From the human T2T-CHM13v2.0 reference genome, Homo sapiens, in assembly GCF_009914755.1 (NCBI RefSeq), contig NC_060930.1: DNA of 64,000 nucleotides, one strand, 5' to 3'. Positions 28,005-43,535 of the stretch are shown here, piece by piece (position 1 is the first letter of the stretch; each line of letters starts with the position of its first letter). The notes beneath the pieces are model-generated. The model searched no databases and was not told where the DNA came from. It saw only the letters and a list, made by a program, of their open reading frames with translations. The translations under genes were made by a program, and so were the position numbers.

Positions 28005-29675
28005 ATGGGGTCAGCTGATTCCTAAGCAGTATGTTGGTTGACACTGTTAATATGCTCTTTTCCCCATTTCCAGACTTTTTGGATACTTCATAGTGTATTT
28101 ATTGTGCTATTTCAGATGAATAGTTAGATACAGTGGAGTACTTCAGATGAATATATATCCAGTACTTCCCATGAATATATATCCAGTGTATTATTTGAAA
28201 ATGTAGTTAACATTAAGTGTATCCCAAGTCCTCCTGACTTTGTGGATGCTGTTTACATAGAGTTTATTCATATCTCTGGGGGTGGTAAGGGGAGTGTATT
28301 CTTTGGGGAAGGAAACAATTTTTACAACTACTTCCTAATTCCAGCTCGGAAGTCAGCAGGGCAGGCTGATGTGATGTTGAGTCATGCTGGGTTGATATCA
28401 CGATGACAGAAACCTTAGGCCTCATTTCCATGCCTGGTGCCATCTGACTCTCTTTCTGGAAGGGCTTATGTCAGCTGTCCTCAGTGGTAACAGTGGGTTG
28501 AGCTTGATAATACTGGTTACAGGATTCTGAAAAATCACAGAAAGCCCTGAATCCCAAGCATCACACCTTAGTTCTGTAGAAAAAAATCTAAAGCCAACAG
28601 TATTTTTTTTTAACAGAGCAAAAGGAAGCTCATGTAAAACAAGGAGAGACAAGAGCTACTGAAACCCTGAGTGGCCACTTCTGTTTCTCCTTATCCTGTC
28701 TAAGCATCTCCCTGGATGCTTAGCATTGTGGGTGGAAGGGACCTGGCCAGCCTACACAGTGGAAGTTATCCTCCAATACTGAGATTTTCCAGTCTCATTA
28801 CTCACCAATGCTCACTCAGGCAGGAAATGTTGCTTATACAGGTGCCAGGCAACCCCATACCTCTTTCACTCATCTCCCTTAATTATTGCAAAAGGCTTTG
28901 GGGTCCACTATTTGGTTGAGGAGAGTGTGGTGTCATCAGAGGTGTGAGAAAGCCTCACCTCCATTACCTGGGAGGCAGAGTGTCAGGGACAGAGAAGGCC
29001 TTGCTTTGGCCACAGGCCCCAAGCTAAGGGACCTTAGCTCTCTGGCAGCCCATGGAGTGGGCCCTGCCCAGTCCATACCACTGTCTATTTCCCTCACGAG
29101 TGGGACAGAGGCCCTGTGCCTGGATCCTTGGGGACGCATTTGCTCTACCCCGTTCTTCTTTCCAAAGGGCTCCCCAGAGAGATGCAGAACGGAGGACATG
29201 CTCCATCCAAGACAGGGTCATGCTCAGCCTGAGTGTGACTTGCACAGTTTCCTCTGCCTTTTCCCCCGTTATCTACCCCATAAGGAGACTTTAGTGTTTT
29301 TTTATTTTTCCCATAATACCCTGCCTACTCCATAAGATTTTCCATGAAGATCAAACATGCATAAAAGTCCATTGTAGATGGTAGATCACTCTACTGATGT
29401 TATTATTATGACTAATAACAGTAGCTTCAAAGGGGCCCAGTGTTTCCACTTGATTTTCTTTATGCTGCGACTGTTTTATCTTGAAGAATTTTTCTTTTTG
29501 CTCACAGGTATTTATATCAGCCAGAGTCCCAGCAGGAAGATGGCATCTTCCACAAGATAAGTGGGCCAAGTTTAAAGATGAGATGATCTACACAGGTCTG
29601 GGCAGGGCTATGGGGTTCCCCAGGGGTGGAGGTGCCCCAGGGAGGGGAGTAGCACTAGCACTAAGCCTGAGAGTG

Positions 29676-29826
29676 CAGCCTGTGCAGTCACCTGTCAGTG
29701 CTCAGAGAGTCCCCGTGCTTCGTTTAACCCTCTGCTGTCACATTCTTGAAATCTCGAATACTTTTTGAACAAGGGTTTTTGCATTTCATTTTGGCCTTGG
29801 GCCCTGCAAATAATGTAGCCCATCTG
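29676..29826. mobile_element. MER91A-like hAT MITE
   Basis: ctctgctgtcacattcttgaaatctcgaatactttttgaacaagg...gggccctgcaaataatgtagcc. Confidence 0.75.
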
Positions 29827-29926
29827 CTTCGACCTCCTCCAAGTCTGAAGAGACAAAGGGAGGAAGGAATGACATTGGTTGGAGCCCAGCTATGGGAAGG
29901 GCTGTTTAATAGGGTCTGTTGTCTGA

Positions 29927-30248
<322 letters not shown>

Positions 30249-30739
30249 CTACCATCATAACTGAGGCTTCCTATGGAGGAAGAGGGTATAAATTCCCTGG
30301 CTCTTTCTCCTCCACCCTCATGAATCCTGCCAGTGCCTCCCACTGGCTGAAACGCACGAGAGTCTGTAAATTCCCCAGGCACAGAACGAGGATGTGAACT
30401 GCAGGTAGAAGACCTGGAGGGGGAAGGGAGACTAACGGCACACATGTATGCAAAGAATCAAACGATCTGCCCTTCCGCAGCCTGCAGGCTCCTACCTGTA
30501 TGGCACCTTCCTGCTCAGCCTCTAGAAACCACACCATCCTCCAGGACCATCCCAACATCTTTGCTGCCCATCCAGCTTGTTCACCTCCTCTGAGCCACTT
30601 GTATAGCATATCTGATCTGACTCCATATATTTATGCATTTAAAACTGTATAAATAATTTTAAAAATTTAAAGGACATACTTGAGGACCATCTGAGATATG
30701 GAAATGAGAAGCACAGTCCCTGCTGGGGTAAACAGCTGC

Positions 30740-31095
30740 CCACAGTTGGTTCACACTCTTGGCTGGTCCCCTTCTAAGTGAGTCTAGCCTTAGCCATGTG
30801 ACTTGTTTGGCCAATGGGACAACAGCAAATGTAACACAAGTAGAGGGTTGAAACGTGCGTGCACATCGAGTCCTGCCCTGTCTTGCTGCTGAAAACTGCT
30901 GCCACCACGTGAACAAGACTGGGTTGATCACATGAAGGATAAGAGGTCCTAATTATCCCAGCAATCCACACCATGCCCGCTGAGGCCCCAGAAGCCCAAG
31001 GGAGGCCACAGAGACCATCCAGCACTACACAGCTGGCCCAGACCAGAAAATCCTCCCTCAAGGAACTTAAAGAATAGTCCTGAACCTGCAGGAGA
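30740..31095 (+). mobile_element. MLT1G-like LTR fragment
   Basis: gccatgtgacttgtttggccaatgggacaacagcaaatgt. Confidence 0.65.
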
Positions 31096-31751
31096 CAGAT
31101 GTGTGGGCCAACAGTGACAGAGAGCACAGCAGTTACTTTGTCAGAGGCTTGTGTGGGTCAAGTGTGCAGAGCAGGGGAGCGTGGAGGGGGCCTGTGGGGA
31201 CAGGAAGGACTGACAGAGGCCACCACATAGGAGCTGAGGCCTGCAGAAGGAGCAGACGCTGGCAAGTGTACCAGCAGCAGGAGGATGCTCCCAGTGTTGG
31301 AGGACCCCAGATGCAGGTAGACATGAGGCAGACCTTGGCATCTGAGGGCTCTGCAGGAATCGTGTGCTGCTAAGGGGAACCTATGAGATGGGCTCACCCT
31401 GAAACAGAGATGCTTCCTGCAGCCTGGCACGGAAACTCAAGGGAAAGATTGGCCAACTGATTGTTCTCTTAAATATTCGGTTTGACTTTCCAGGTTTTTA
31501 TTACTTTTTATTACCCACATTTGGTGCGAGGGCAAATCTGTTTATAGACACCATCGGCAGGGCCTTTGTGAGCAAGTCTGGGACTCTGTGAAAAAATTCT
31601 TTGGGAGCCAGCAAGGGCATATGTGTATGATATAGACCACCCAGGCACCCACCAGACCCCCAAGTTATTTGTACTTTCATCCTTCCACCCTGCTGGGCAA
31701 TTTAAAGTGATTCGAGATGAGACTTAAGGTTGTTAGTTATTCAGCTGGTCT

Positions 31752-32451
31752 TGAAACCACCTTTGCAAAGATTATGACAGTAAGAAAAGTCTAGGTGGCT
31801 GACTCCATCTTGCTTCTAGCCTCACAGGCTAGCTGTCCTTGCTCATTCCTGGGCATAGGCCAAGCTAACCACGGGATGAATTTAGTTTATAATTTAGCTT
31901 TGAAGCAAGAATGATAATAGTTCCTTCCTAAAATAGATCCCCTCCTGGCTCAGAGACTGACACTGCCTTTGTAAAACTAATGAAAGGCCATGAAATTAGG
32001 ATTATGGGAGGGGCCGAATTCTGCTAAAATGTAGCTATAATTCCTAGCTGCTCAAGAGTCATGTGGCCACAGATCACAAGACTAGTGACTTCCCCCAATA
32101 GCTCCCTAGTAATGTCACTATTGTGGAGCCTAAGATTGGTCTTTTGAAATGTTTTTCAGACTTTTGCATTCTGGTGATCAACAGACTCCACCCAGACCCA
32201 TGACTCATGACTCAGTCAGTTCTGTGGCCCCACCCAGAGGTGGACTCATTGCACAAGGGCCCTTTTCCACACCCTTATGATTTCATCTCCGACCAATCAG
32301 CAGCACCCATTCCCTAGTCCCCTGCCCATGAGACTGTCCATAAAAGCCTAGCCTCTGAGTTCTTGGGAGACTGATGTGAATAATAAACTCTCAAATACTG
32401 CTTGGCTAGCCTTGAGATAATTAAACTCTCTACTGCAATACTGCTGTCTCG
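31752..32451 (+). mobile_element. LTR8A/LTR8B-like ERV1 LTR, 3' end missing
   Basis: tgaaaccacctttgcaaagattatgacag...gactccatcttgcttctagcctcacagg. Confidence 0.85.
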
Positions 32452-33189
32452 CAAAAAGGATCCATGGGTATCTATATTCTCTCTCTCTCTTACATTCTCT
32501 CTGTCTCTCTCTCTCTATTTTTGCAGTTCCCAGGGAACACTGGAAAATGCAGTTTGTAGGGAAACATCTTTCTTTCCAGCTCTTTTGATGCCAATAGCAA
32601 CAAAGAGGCCACATGACATGCTCTGTGCTTCTTGGAGCAGAGCCCAGGGTCTAGTGGTTAACAGGGACAACTAAACTGTACTCTTCGGCCATCATATCCA
32701 GGATGCCACATACCACGCCTGGAAAAAAGTCCTCACTCATGCTTATTCTTGCTGTCACTCTCATCTCTCTTGACCCCTTCTATGACAGTTCAACACAATT
32801 CACACTTTGTTATTGTGTGAAAGAAAAAAAAATTTTTTTTCCTCATGAAGATCTTGAAGAGAGCTGTTTCTGAGCGATCAACCTGACTGTTGCAAGAAGG
32901 CATGTGTTGACATGTTGATATGACTGTGCTTTTCTTTCTTTTCATTGTGATTTGCTTAGTGGGGCAGCAGACAGAGAGGTGGGGCAGAGATCCCTGTGAT
33001 CCTCAGAGGGACTGTGAAGGGCTGGGACTGCTGCCTTAGACCAAGTTTTCTTGTCAATTGCAATGTCTGCGTCAAAATTTTTCTCCAAATGATGGTGGAG
33101 ATCCAGCACCTCAGCAGCGAGAATTTGCCACATGAAACATAAACCAAATTATGCAAAACCCATAAGACATGTGAGCCATCTGGGGGATA

Positions 33190-33540
33190 AGGATGTCTTC
33201 CCAACCAAGACTGGAAATTCAGAAGCTAAAATGAAAAAAAGTAGACTTATTTCTAAAATTTAAAATAAATACGAAATTTTTATGGCAAAATGCAACATAA
33301 AGTCATCAAGCAGGACATTTGGGGGAAAATGATAATGCAGAGGACAAAGATATTACATTTACACAAAGAGATTTTATAAATCAACAAGGAGAAAAGTATG
33401 AATAATTATAGCATTTGTGAACTTATTAGCAACCTAGTAAATATTTTTAAAAAGATTATACCCTATGACTTAACATTCCAGGATATGTGTATGAGGATAT
33501 TTGCTAAGCTTTATTCAATATGGCAAAGCAAAACAAAACA
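33190..33540 (+). mobile_element. Highly decayed L1M fragment
   Basis: A-rich, resembles distal L1 ORF2 (ttataaatcaacaaggagaaa; taccctatgacttaacattcca). Confidence 0.5.
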
Positions 33541-33822
33541 AAACAAAAAATCTTGAAGCATTTACTGAGCACATTCTGCATGGCAGAAACTGTGTTAAGT
33601 CCTCATTCAACTGTTTGAACAGCACAATGAGTCGGCCATTAGACACAGCCCCTTATTAGGATGAGAAACTCTAGACTCAGAGAAGGCAAGCAATTCAGTC
33701 AAGATTATACAAAGAAGCTACATGGCAGTAAATGCCAGATATGAAAAAAGATGAAGCTAAAAATGAAAAAAAAAAGAATAACATCAAGAAATGTAAAAGA
33801 CAGAACTAAAACTTAAAGCTAA

Positions 33823-34413
<591 letters not shown>

Positions 34414-35221
34414 GTAGAAGGTAAATACAAAGATAAAAAGCAAAGAACCAGAAAGTAAAAAGCAAGAGAGAAAAATGAGGTTTAGAAATTTCCATTTTCC
34501 CTTTGACTTTGTGTCTTAAAAGATAAAAAATAAAGAGATTTAGAATTTTTTTTTAAAAAAAGAATTAAGAAACAAAACAGTAAAACATAAACTAAGAGTG
34601 ACAATATTTTTTAAAAGAGAAGACAGAGATAAACGAAGAGCTTAAAAAGCATGGGAATAAGAAATAATAAAAGGCTTAGTAAAAAGTTGGCGTGAAAGGT
34701 GACCCACCCACGGGCCGAGCCCTACCCGTTCACTGAGCCTGGGAAATGACATTCAGCAGCAGGTGGAGGAGCAGCTGTTTTCTGTCACCCAGCTCTCAAG
34801 GGCCTGGGCTGGTTGTAGCTCCCTGTCACTGAAGCAAGCCCTGTGCTGGAGCCTAACCCCGGTGTCTCTCCAACTAACCCGCATGCTGCCCTGGCCCCTG
34901 GTATTCTCACCTCCTCCCATGGGAACCTGGGACAGCCACGCCTAATGTGCTGCGTCTTGACCACTTTGCCCAGTGCCTAGGAAGGTCTTTTTGGAGGCAG
35001 AGCCTGCCCTTGGCTGGGCCCTGCATCGAACTCTATGGAGCTCCTTGAACTGCAACGCTGGCCCCATGGCCTGATAAGGACCACTGCTACTGAGAAGCTC
35101 CAAGGACTGCTCCCTCTCATCACCCCTTAGTGTGCACCCCTGGACCATTGGCCCACATTGGACACCAGACCCTTAGGATGTGGATTTGAATTATCTGCTC
35201 TTTCCTGAAACTAACAGGTAA

Positions 35222-35717
<496 letters not shown>

Positions 35718-38117
35718 TAGTTCTTGTCAAGGGTCAGAGTAGGTCTCAGCATGGTGGGCTTAGTGAAGAGGAAAGTAGGCTGGGAAGCCGGCCTGCAGAG
35801 TGAGTAGGGGAAAATCTACGCAGCCCCCGAGAGGGAAGAGGAGACAAATTTAGGTTAGACAATCCCAAAGAGCATCAAGTTACTGAGCCACCATCTTTCT
35901 GGGGACAAAAAGGTCTCATGTAAAAGAATGAGCTCACACCCGGGTGGGACGTTTTGCAATTTGATGGAGAGGATGTCGAGTACGATGAAAGGCCTTCAGA
36001 CCAGCGATCAGAACTTGAGAATGACCTGCTTCTTCCACTTACAGCTCAGTGTTGGCTGAAACACATGTAAGTCACTGTCAGAAATACCATTCAGTTAAAA
36101 CTCTTTATGAGCAGAGGAGCTGTGTTAAAGGATTCCTTTTCATTTCTTATGAATCCCAGTGTATTCTAGATTTTACGTACCAGACATACCCCTGTGTATT
36201 CTGCAGTGGCATTAACATGCACCAGATATAACATATAAGCAGAGTTTTTGCTAGTAAGGAATTTAAGACTCATTTTCATTTAATAACACCATCTTATAAG
36301 TAAGAAACCAGGGTTCTAGCAAGTTAACTGGTGTCCCCAAGGTCACTGAGTTAAGAGTGAGCAGATCAGCTCCTGGAACGGCTGTCTTCTGACCCTTAGG
36401 CCAGAGCTCTTTCCATTATACTCTTCAGACAAGGTTTTCTATGTCCTTTATAAGCTGTCTCATCAAAATATACCCAGCAAAAGTGCAGGACGTCCCCACT
36501 TAAACCTGCAACACAAGTCGGAGCATCCTTTCATTAGCAGACCTGAGGGCAAGGAGGTGGAGAAGAATTGCTTAGGCAGCTAATGGATTCTCTGAACATA
36601 TGCCTTGAGACACCGCAAGCCCTTCTTTGCATTGTGACATAAGACACAGTAGAAGCCTGCTAACAGTGACAACCCCTTCTGAAGGAATAATAGATCTGTG
36701 CAAAAAGCCTTTGGCTCAGGACATCGGGTGGCTTGGTGCAGCTGTCCTGGATTTCTGGAAGCTCGACTTGCTGTGACTCCAGGAGGTGAGAGCTCATGTC
36801 CATTCTTCCATCTTTGCAGACACAGGGGGCCTGTGGGCAACCTCAGACCACCCAGGCTGACCCTGTTGCTGCCTGGATAATGCATATTTTTACTTTTCCA
36901 TGTCTTTGAAGCCTTGACATGGGCTGAAACAGGGACCCCAGGTTATCCCCGGATGAGGGCGAGTTGACAGACATCATGAACATATTAATGTCAGCTTTTC
37001 AGAATCACATTAAGATGTGTTCATGTCAAATCAGTCTTGACAGTGAATAATACGAATTAGTGACTTGCTTTGTGAAGGCTGAGTTGGGAGAACAGTGGCT
37101 CCAGAGAACCTTGGTTTATGAGTCATTTACACTTTAAATATGAGTCATTCACAAACAGTACTTGCTTTTCTGTATTGTTCATGCATCAGGGCCCTCAAAG
37201 TCAGAATATGCTGCTCCAGGCTGATGGGCCCTTTAGGTGTATGTACAGGGTGTTGATGATGGCTTAAATGTTGGTGTTTGCCCCTAAATCCTGGCCACAA
37301 ATTATTTCTCAGCTTCAAGCTGATATCTCTTACAAGACAATAACTGAGATTCCCTTTAAAGGTGTGGCCCTGACTTAGTCTTCTACCCAGCTCTCTACAG
37401 GGATAGCTATGAGTATTGATTGCCCCTTTGGCCCAGCAATTCAAGCTGCTCTTCCTGCCTAGAGCTGTGGCAGTTGAAACATTGGGGTCTGCTCCTAGGC
37501 AATGGGGGATTGGCTGGCATAAACCAGTGGCTTCAACAGCTCTGGGGACAAAGATCAAAAGCCGGCTGCCACAGGTTTATTGCAAGTGAGAGTTTGAGTT
37601 TCACCCTGACACAGGAAAAATCAGCAGGAATCAAGCAGTTAGGAAGTGCTGCAGACTGCAATTACCGGGTGTCAATTCTGTCTGATCCCACAGGCAGGGG
37701 TGTGCGAAATTTAGCATGTGTTGACCAGCAGTATCCCACGGAAGCAGGATGCTAAGAACAGTTCCCGGCAACATGGCCTTTGTGTGGAGGCTGGAAAACA
37801 ACAGGAGTTGTGAAGCTTATTTGGCTCAGGGAACAAGAAGAGCTGGGGGCTGTTAATAAGTAGGTCTCCGAGCTGTCAGTGCTGGGACTGACAGTGGCCG
37901 ATCAGCTGGAGCCCTGTGGGAGCCAGCTCTCCCTTTCATGGCACCACCTGTGTGATGTATCTCAACAACATGGCACATATGGAGCCAGGCTATTTCTGAA
38001 AGATATTACAATGAATTTCAGCTTAAACAATTAAAAACAGATTTCTCTTTCTAAAATTAGATAAAGCAGACTGATTAGATAAATATCAAAGATTTCCAGA
38101 ATAAGACAAGCTGGAGA

Positions 38118-38321
38118 AGGGGTTGGCAAACAGTGGTTCCAGGCTGGCAGCCTGTTTTTACAAATAAAGTTTTATTGAAACACACTCTTTATTTTATCAA
38201 TCATATATGGCTGCTTTCAGGATACAACAGAGGGACTGAGTAGTTGCGACAGAGACCAAATGATCTCCAAGAGCCTAAAACATTTCCTATGTGGCCCTTG
38301 AAGAAAGTTTCCTGACCTCTG
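38118..38321. mobile_element. MER58A MITE
   Basis: aggggttggcaaac...aaataaagttttattgaaacac...gagtagttgcgacagagacc. Confidence 0.85.
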
Positions 38322-38415
38322 CTCTAGTGCAATGGTCCCTGGGTCAGGTCTTTTCAGTAATTCCAAAATCGAACTGGATTTGTGTGTGAAATGGCCACAG
38401 AGAATAACTACAACA

Positions 38416-38785
38416 AGGGATATCAAACTGGCGGAGCAGTCAAATCCAGGCTGTACACGTGCATTCTTTGGGCAGCAGTGTTGTGTTTTATAAAAATTAG
38501 CAACATTTTAAAATAAGGAGTTTTCACATAAAATGTCTGATTTGGGGCTACTCTTGGCCCACATCCCTGCAAGCAACTGTGGCCAGAGCCCAGCAATAGC
38601 AGCCTTCTTTAGAGGGGACATCTCCTATTCCACTTTACCACAATTCCGACCACATCTTACTGTTTCCCCATCACTAAGACAGTATCAGACACCATGGGTC
38701 ATGATTCTTGCCCCACTGGGTCCACACCTGTGGGGGCTTCATTTTGTATTACCTGCCAGTTGGCATATGAGTTTGCAACCCAGCA
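38416..38785. mobile_element. MER102 MITE
   Basis: caacattttaaaataaggagttttcacataaaat...ggcatatgagtttgcaaccc. Confidence 0.78.
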
Positions 38786-39171
38786 CTGACATCAAGATTC
38801 TTTGCTTTAGGCTTGAATTCTCTCAGGTCACTCTCAAGCACAGGTTGTGTCCTGCTGATGAGAAGCACTGTTACTACTGACATTCAGTTATTCTGTTAAC
38901 TATTACTCACATTAATACATTGTCTGGAAGAAAATAATAAAAGTGATGTTTCATAATGAAAAGATGGGGGAACCATTACTCTAAAACAGTGAAGGAAACA
39001 AAATATATTGTCTTAGGTAATCAGAGTGATCTTTCTTTACCAATCATTAGTAACCAGTAGACTATCAACTCCAGGAGGACAAGGGGTCCAGCCACTCCCG
39101 ATGTTTTCTCCGCAGCCAAGCAGGCCCATCTGCCTTGCTAACATTTTCTCCCAGGGCTTCTGGCTCTGAAT

Positions 39172-39325
39172 GAGTGTTCCCCAAAGTGTGGTCCCTGAGC
39201 TACCTGTGTACAACCACCTGGAGTGCTTGTTAAAGATGCAGTTTCCTGGATCCACCCTAGGCCAACAAAAACAGAATCTGTTTGTTGGGACCTCAGAATC
39301 GCCATCATCAATTTTTTTAAACAAA
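39172..39325. mobile_element. MER5-family MITE
   Basis: agtgttccccaaagtgtggtccc...cacctggagtgcttgttaaagatgcag. Confidence 0.7.
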
Positions 39326-39981
39326 CAACTGTTGATGAGCAAAAGCCAACAGCATTGAGCAATGGTCAGCTGCTAGCAATTCTGCTGGGTCAACCATGTG
39401 AGCCTTCAATTCTAGACTCTCAAGATGACTCTGATATGCTAATGTGGAGACTATGCGCTCAGGAGAATGGCCAAACAGTATTCTAGAGAATAAGCACCAA
39501 ACATGAAACATGCAAAGGGCAACGGTGATGCCCACTACTGGGAGGGAGCCCACCTTTGGAGAAAGCCCACCAGTAGACTCTCCTCAGTTACCAGGGAAGC
39601 CATAGAGAGAGTTCTGGAATGCCCTGGAATGCCCTTAGAAGTCATCTATGCTACAATTTTTGACAATTTTATTTGCCTTCTGATCTCCAAGGATGAAGGT
39701 ACAGTTAACCTTTTTTAGAAAATTTGAGCCCTTATCTGCCATCACAAGGATTTACTTGCTTTGTATTTGGAGGGAAGAAAAGAATGTTGATTTTTAGAAG
39801 GGTTTTAAAAATAATAATTGCATCTCCCTCCCATCTGCTTGTTTACACAGTTTAGCACAGAAGGGGTTTAATTCCTTATTTGGAACCTGCTGGAAGTTTG
39901 AGTTATGAAACTCCCCAATTCTGTGCCTAACAGAAATGATGTTTAAAGTTCTGTAGCCAGGTGCCATCAAAAGACACTTGG

Positions 39982-40370
<389 letters not shown>

Positions 40371-41083
40371 TCATTATTTGCATATATGTAACACCATTAG
40401 CATCTTCTTTAAATACAAAGTGGCATAGAACATTAGAAAATATAACTTTCCTCCCAAAGGCTTGGCTATTTCTGCGTGGAATGCATGAATAAAGTTACAG
40501 TTTTGTTTTATTTTTAGGCAACTCTATAGATCACTGGGGACTCATCCTGCAGATATCATTCAAGGTATCCGGTTCAGAATCTATCACCAGCTCAGACTGT
40601 AGCCTCTGAAGAGATCTCAGATGTTTTGTGCCTTATACATTTAATTCTGAGATCATAGAGCCCAAGGAGGTTTTGAGGACCCTCTACCCACACCTTCAGA
40701 TGTTTTCAGAGGATTTGCTGGCAGGGCTGGGCCACTGGGCCTTGCTGGGCTCTAATTTTCCTACCCACGTGTGTCCTATAGACCGTGAATTTTCTTCTAA
40801 ACACTCTTGACTTTTCACTTGTTAAATTAAAGCATTTTCTTAAAGAAAAGATTAAAACCAAGAGGTGTGAACTTTTTTTTATTGGGAGAAGGGCTATGTG
40901 TGTGTTTCTCCCAGCCCTAATTCACTTCCTCAATGTGCATGTCCATACACCACATTCTTATGTTCTTTAATCCTAACTTGGATTTTCCCCCCATCTTTAA
41001 AAAAACTACTTTTCTCAATTTCTTTTCTTTATCATTTTCTTCCTGTCTCCTGTGATGTACAAAATACTATTTCCAGGGCTTTT

Positions 41084-41114
41084 CTCCTCCTCCTCCTCCT
41101 CCTCCTCCTCCTCT
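41084..41114. repeat. (CCT)n microsatellite
   Basis: About 10 units visible. Confidence 0.95.
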
Positions 41115-42084
41115 TATTCTTCCTCACTTTCCTTTTTGCAAAGTTATACTCTCTGGGAACATAATTAATGTTTACTGGGCACTGGTGATTGATCCATTCT
41201 TCTGGTAATCCTCTCCCACTCAGTCCTCTCCTTCCCCATGACTCCTCCTCCACCCACCTTATCCAGGAATATAGAATTTTCCACTGCCTCAGATTCACTC
41301 CTTTATAACAGTTCCCACCCTTTTCCCTCTAATATGTGCTGCCTTTTCCAAGTTGCATTACAAGACTGGAACCAGTTTCTGTTTATAGCCTCATGACTCT
41401 GCAAGACCCTCCATCTTTACTACTGGGATATGGAGACTTGAAATCACCTGGCTTTGTCCCTTGCTTTTTAAAATACAAGCGAGCACCTAAAAGCAGCATC
41501 ATTTTGTATAAGGTTGGATTCAGTGCAATTTGGAGCTCTGCTCTCATGACAGTGTTTTTACATTATACAAAATGCCTGTAAGTCCCCTCATCTGTGAATT
41601 CCCAAGAAAGATCAGTCCAAGTAAAGAGAAAGCTTGATTTATGACTCATCAAAGAAGGGAATAATAATAATTTTTAAATAATACATTATTCTTTGGGGAT
41701 TTACAAATAAAAATATTAAAAGCCTTATTGGATTAAAATTAAGAAAACCATTTAAAAATTGAGATCTCCCTTCCAGTTCCAAGCTTATCATATAAGTGTG
41801 ACTTTGGCCAAGTCACCCTTCTGCAGCCCCATGCTGTCTCATCTGCAAAACTGCAGCTCTAGGGGCTCTAAGAAGCCTATGGATGCATCTGAGATGGGAT
41901 ATTTTGCCTTGGTAACTCCTCATTCTATCCTCCAGCATAGAATAACCCCTCCCCTCTGAGCCACAGTGAATCTTTTCCTCCTCTTGCTTTTTACCTCTGT
42001 GGGCCATGGCACCTATCACATCATATTAGAGCAAGATGCTTGCCTGCCAGTTTTCCCAACCAAACAACAATCAGATTATATTAT

Positions 42085-42560
42085 TATGTTGTAAGTAAGA
42101 GGAAATACAAATCAAGCATGCTTAAAAAATAAAGGTAATTTTTTGGTTCATGCAACTGAAAGGTCCAGCCACAGCCTGGCCTAGGGTCTGGCTAGATCCG
42201 GGCTCATGTAATGTAACAGGCTTCAATTTCTCTCCTTCCTGTGCCTCTGCTTCCCTGTTGCAGGCCCATTCCCAGGTGGACATGAGATGGCAGCCAAAAG
42301 CTCCTGCAATTACATCCATTCTCAGTCACATCCAAAGGGAATGAGAGGGCTTCTTCCGGTGGTTCTAATAGAAGGAAGACATTTTTCCTTCCCAGAAGCC
42401 TCTGCAAATTTCCTCCAGAGGTAGTGACTGTTGGGTTCGGGTCACGTGTCTATCCCTGAACCAATGGCTGAGGCCAAGAAGATGAGATATGCTAATTAGC
42501 ATGAACTACTCAGGCTGCCCTGCCTCCTGGGAGCTGGGGGGTAGAGTCAGCCCCACCCAC
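42085..42560 (-). mobile_element. Old MLT1 (J/K/L-like) LTR
   Basis: ttggttcatgcaactgaaaggtcc...ggtcacgtgtctatccctgaaccaatggctgaggcc. Confidence 0.65.
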
Positions 42561-43535
42561 CTGCATGGCTGGGAATGGGGTGGGGGATGGAGGTGGAGGA
42601 GTGAATCCCCAGCCAGATGTTAGGGCATCAGAAGTGGGACAAGGGCAAATGGTGGGGAGGTCTTTGGAGCTGTCACTCCCCTGGCCATGCTGAGAGCCTG
42701 GAGACCCCATCCTTTTACCCCACAGCAATGTTAGTGTGTTCCAGCATCAAAGGAGCTAATGAAGAAAATGACCCATGAGTCAGGCTTTGGATATGACATT
42801 TACGACAAACGGACACAGGTGGGTATAAAAATTAAAAAAAAAATAAAACAAAAACAAGCAGCTTAACTTCCTTTGCTCAGCAATAAAATTGCCTGGGTTG
42901 AGCCTCTATCAGAAAGAGACAGGTGAAAGGCAGGAGTGGAAATGAGCTTTCGCCCTCATTCTCCAACAGCAATCTGGTATTTAGCTGGAGGCAGCTACTG
43001 TAAAAAGATTTGTGGCAGTGACTGTGAAAGAGATATGAAATGTCAGGGTCTCCTGCCTGGTGGGGCTGTGTTGGGTCAGGGCATATGGCATCCTCCATCC
43101 CCCTTCATCCAGGATGCTGAAAATATAATTTAAATGATATTTCCTTGACTTAGCAAACTATGGTCACCAAACATAATGGAATATGAGATAGCTAAGGAGA
43201 TGCTATGTGAAAATGTTGATTAATATGGATGCTCTATTTGAAATAATCTAAGTTAAAAAACAAATCCAGAACTTAAAATAGCATAAACACACTGATTACA
43301 GCTCCACAAAACATGTTTTCACTTTTAAATATTGAAAGAGTGTTTGCGGTAAAGTAAATAGTTTATTAGGTTGGATTCTTCTGTAAAGTGCCTTAGCTCA
43401 TAATTTTAGAGAACTTTTGCAGAATGGCCTTCACTGGGAGAATGAGTTGTTCATTTTCAGGAACTGAATTCTGCTCATTCCAGGCCAGCTGGGTGTGGGT
43501 AGTGGTCTCAGCCTAAAAACAACGGTGTGGAACAT

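Noticed and set aside
32942-33133. 63-aa ORF with protein-like composition (ILAAEVLDLHHHLEKNFDADIAIDKK)
   Set aside because: No recognisable family and no convincing in-frame splice sites; BLASTP/PhyloCSF would settle it.
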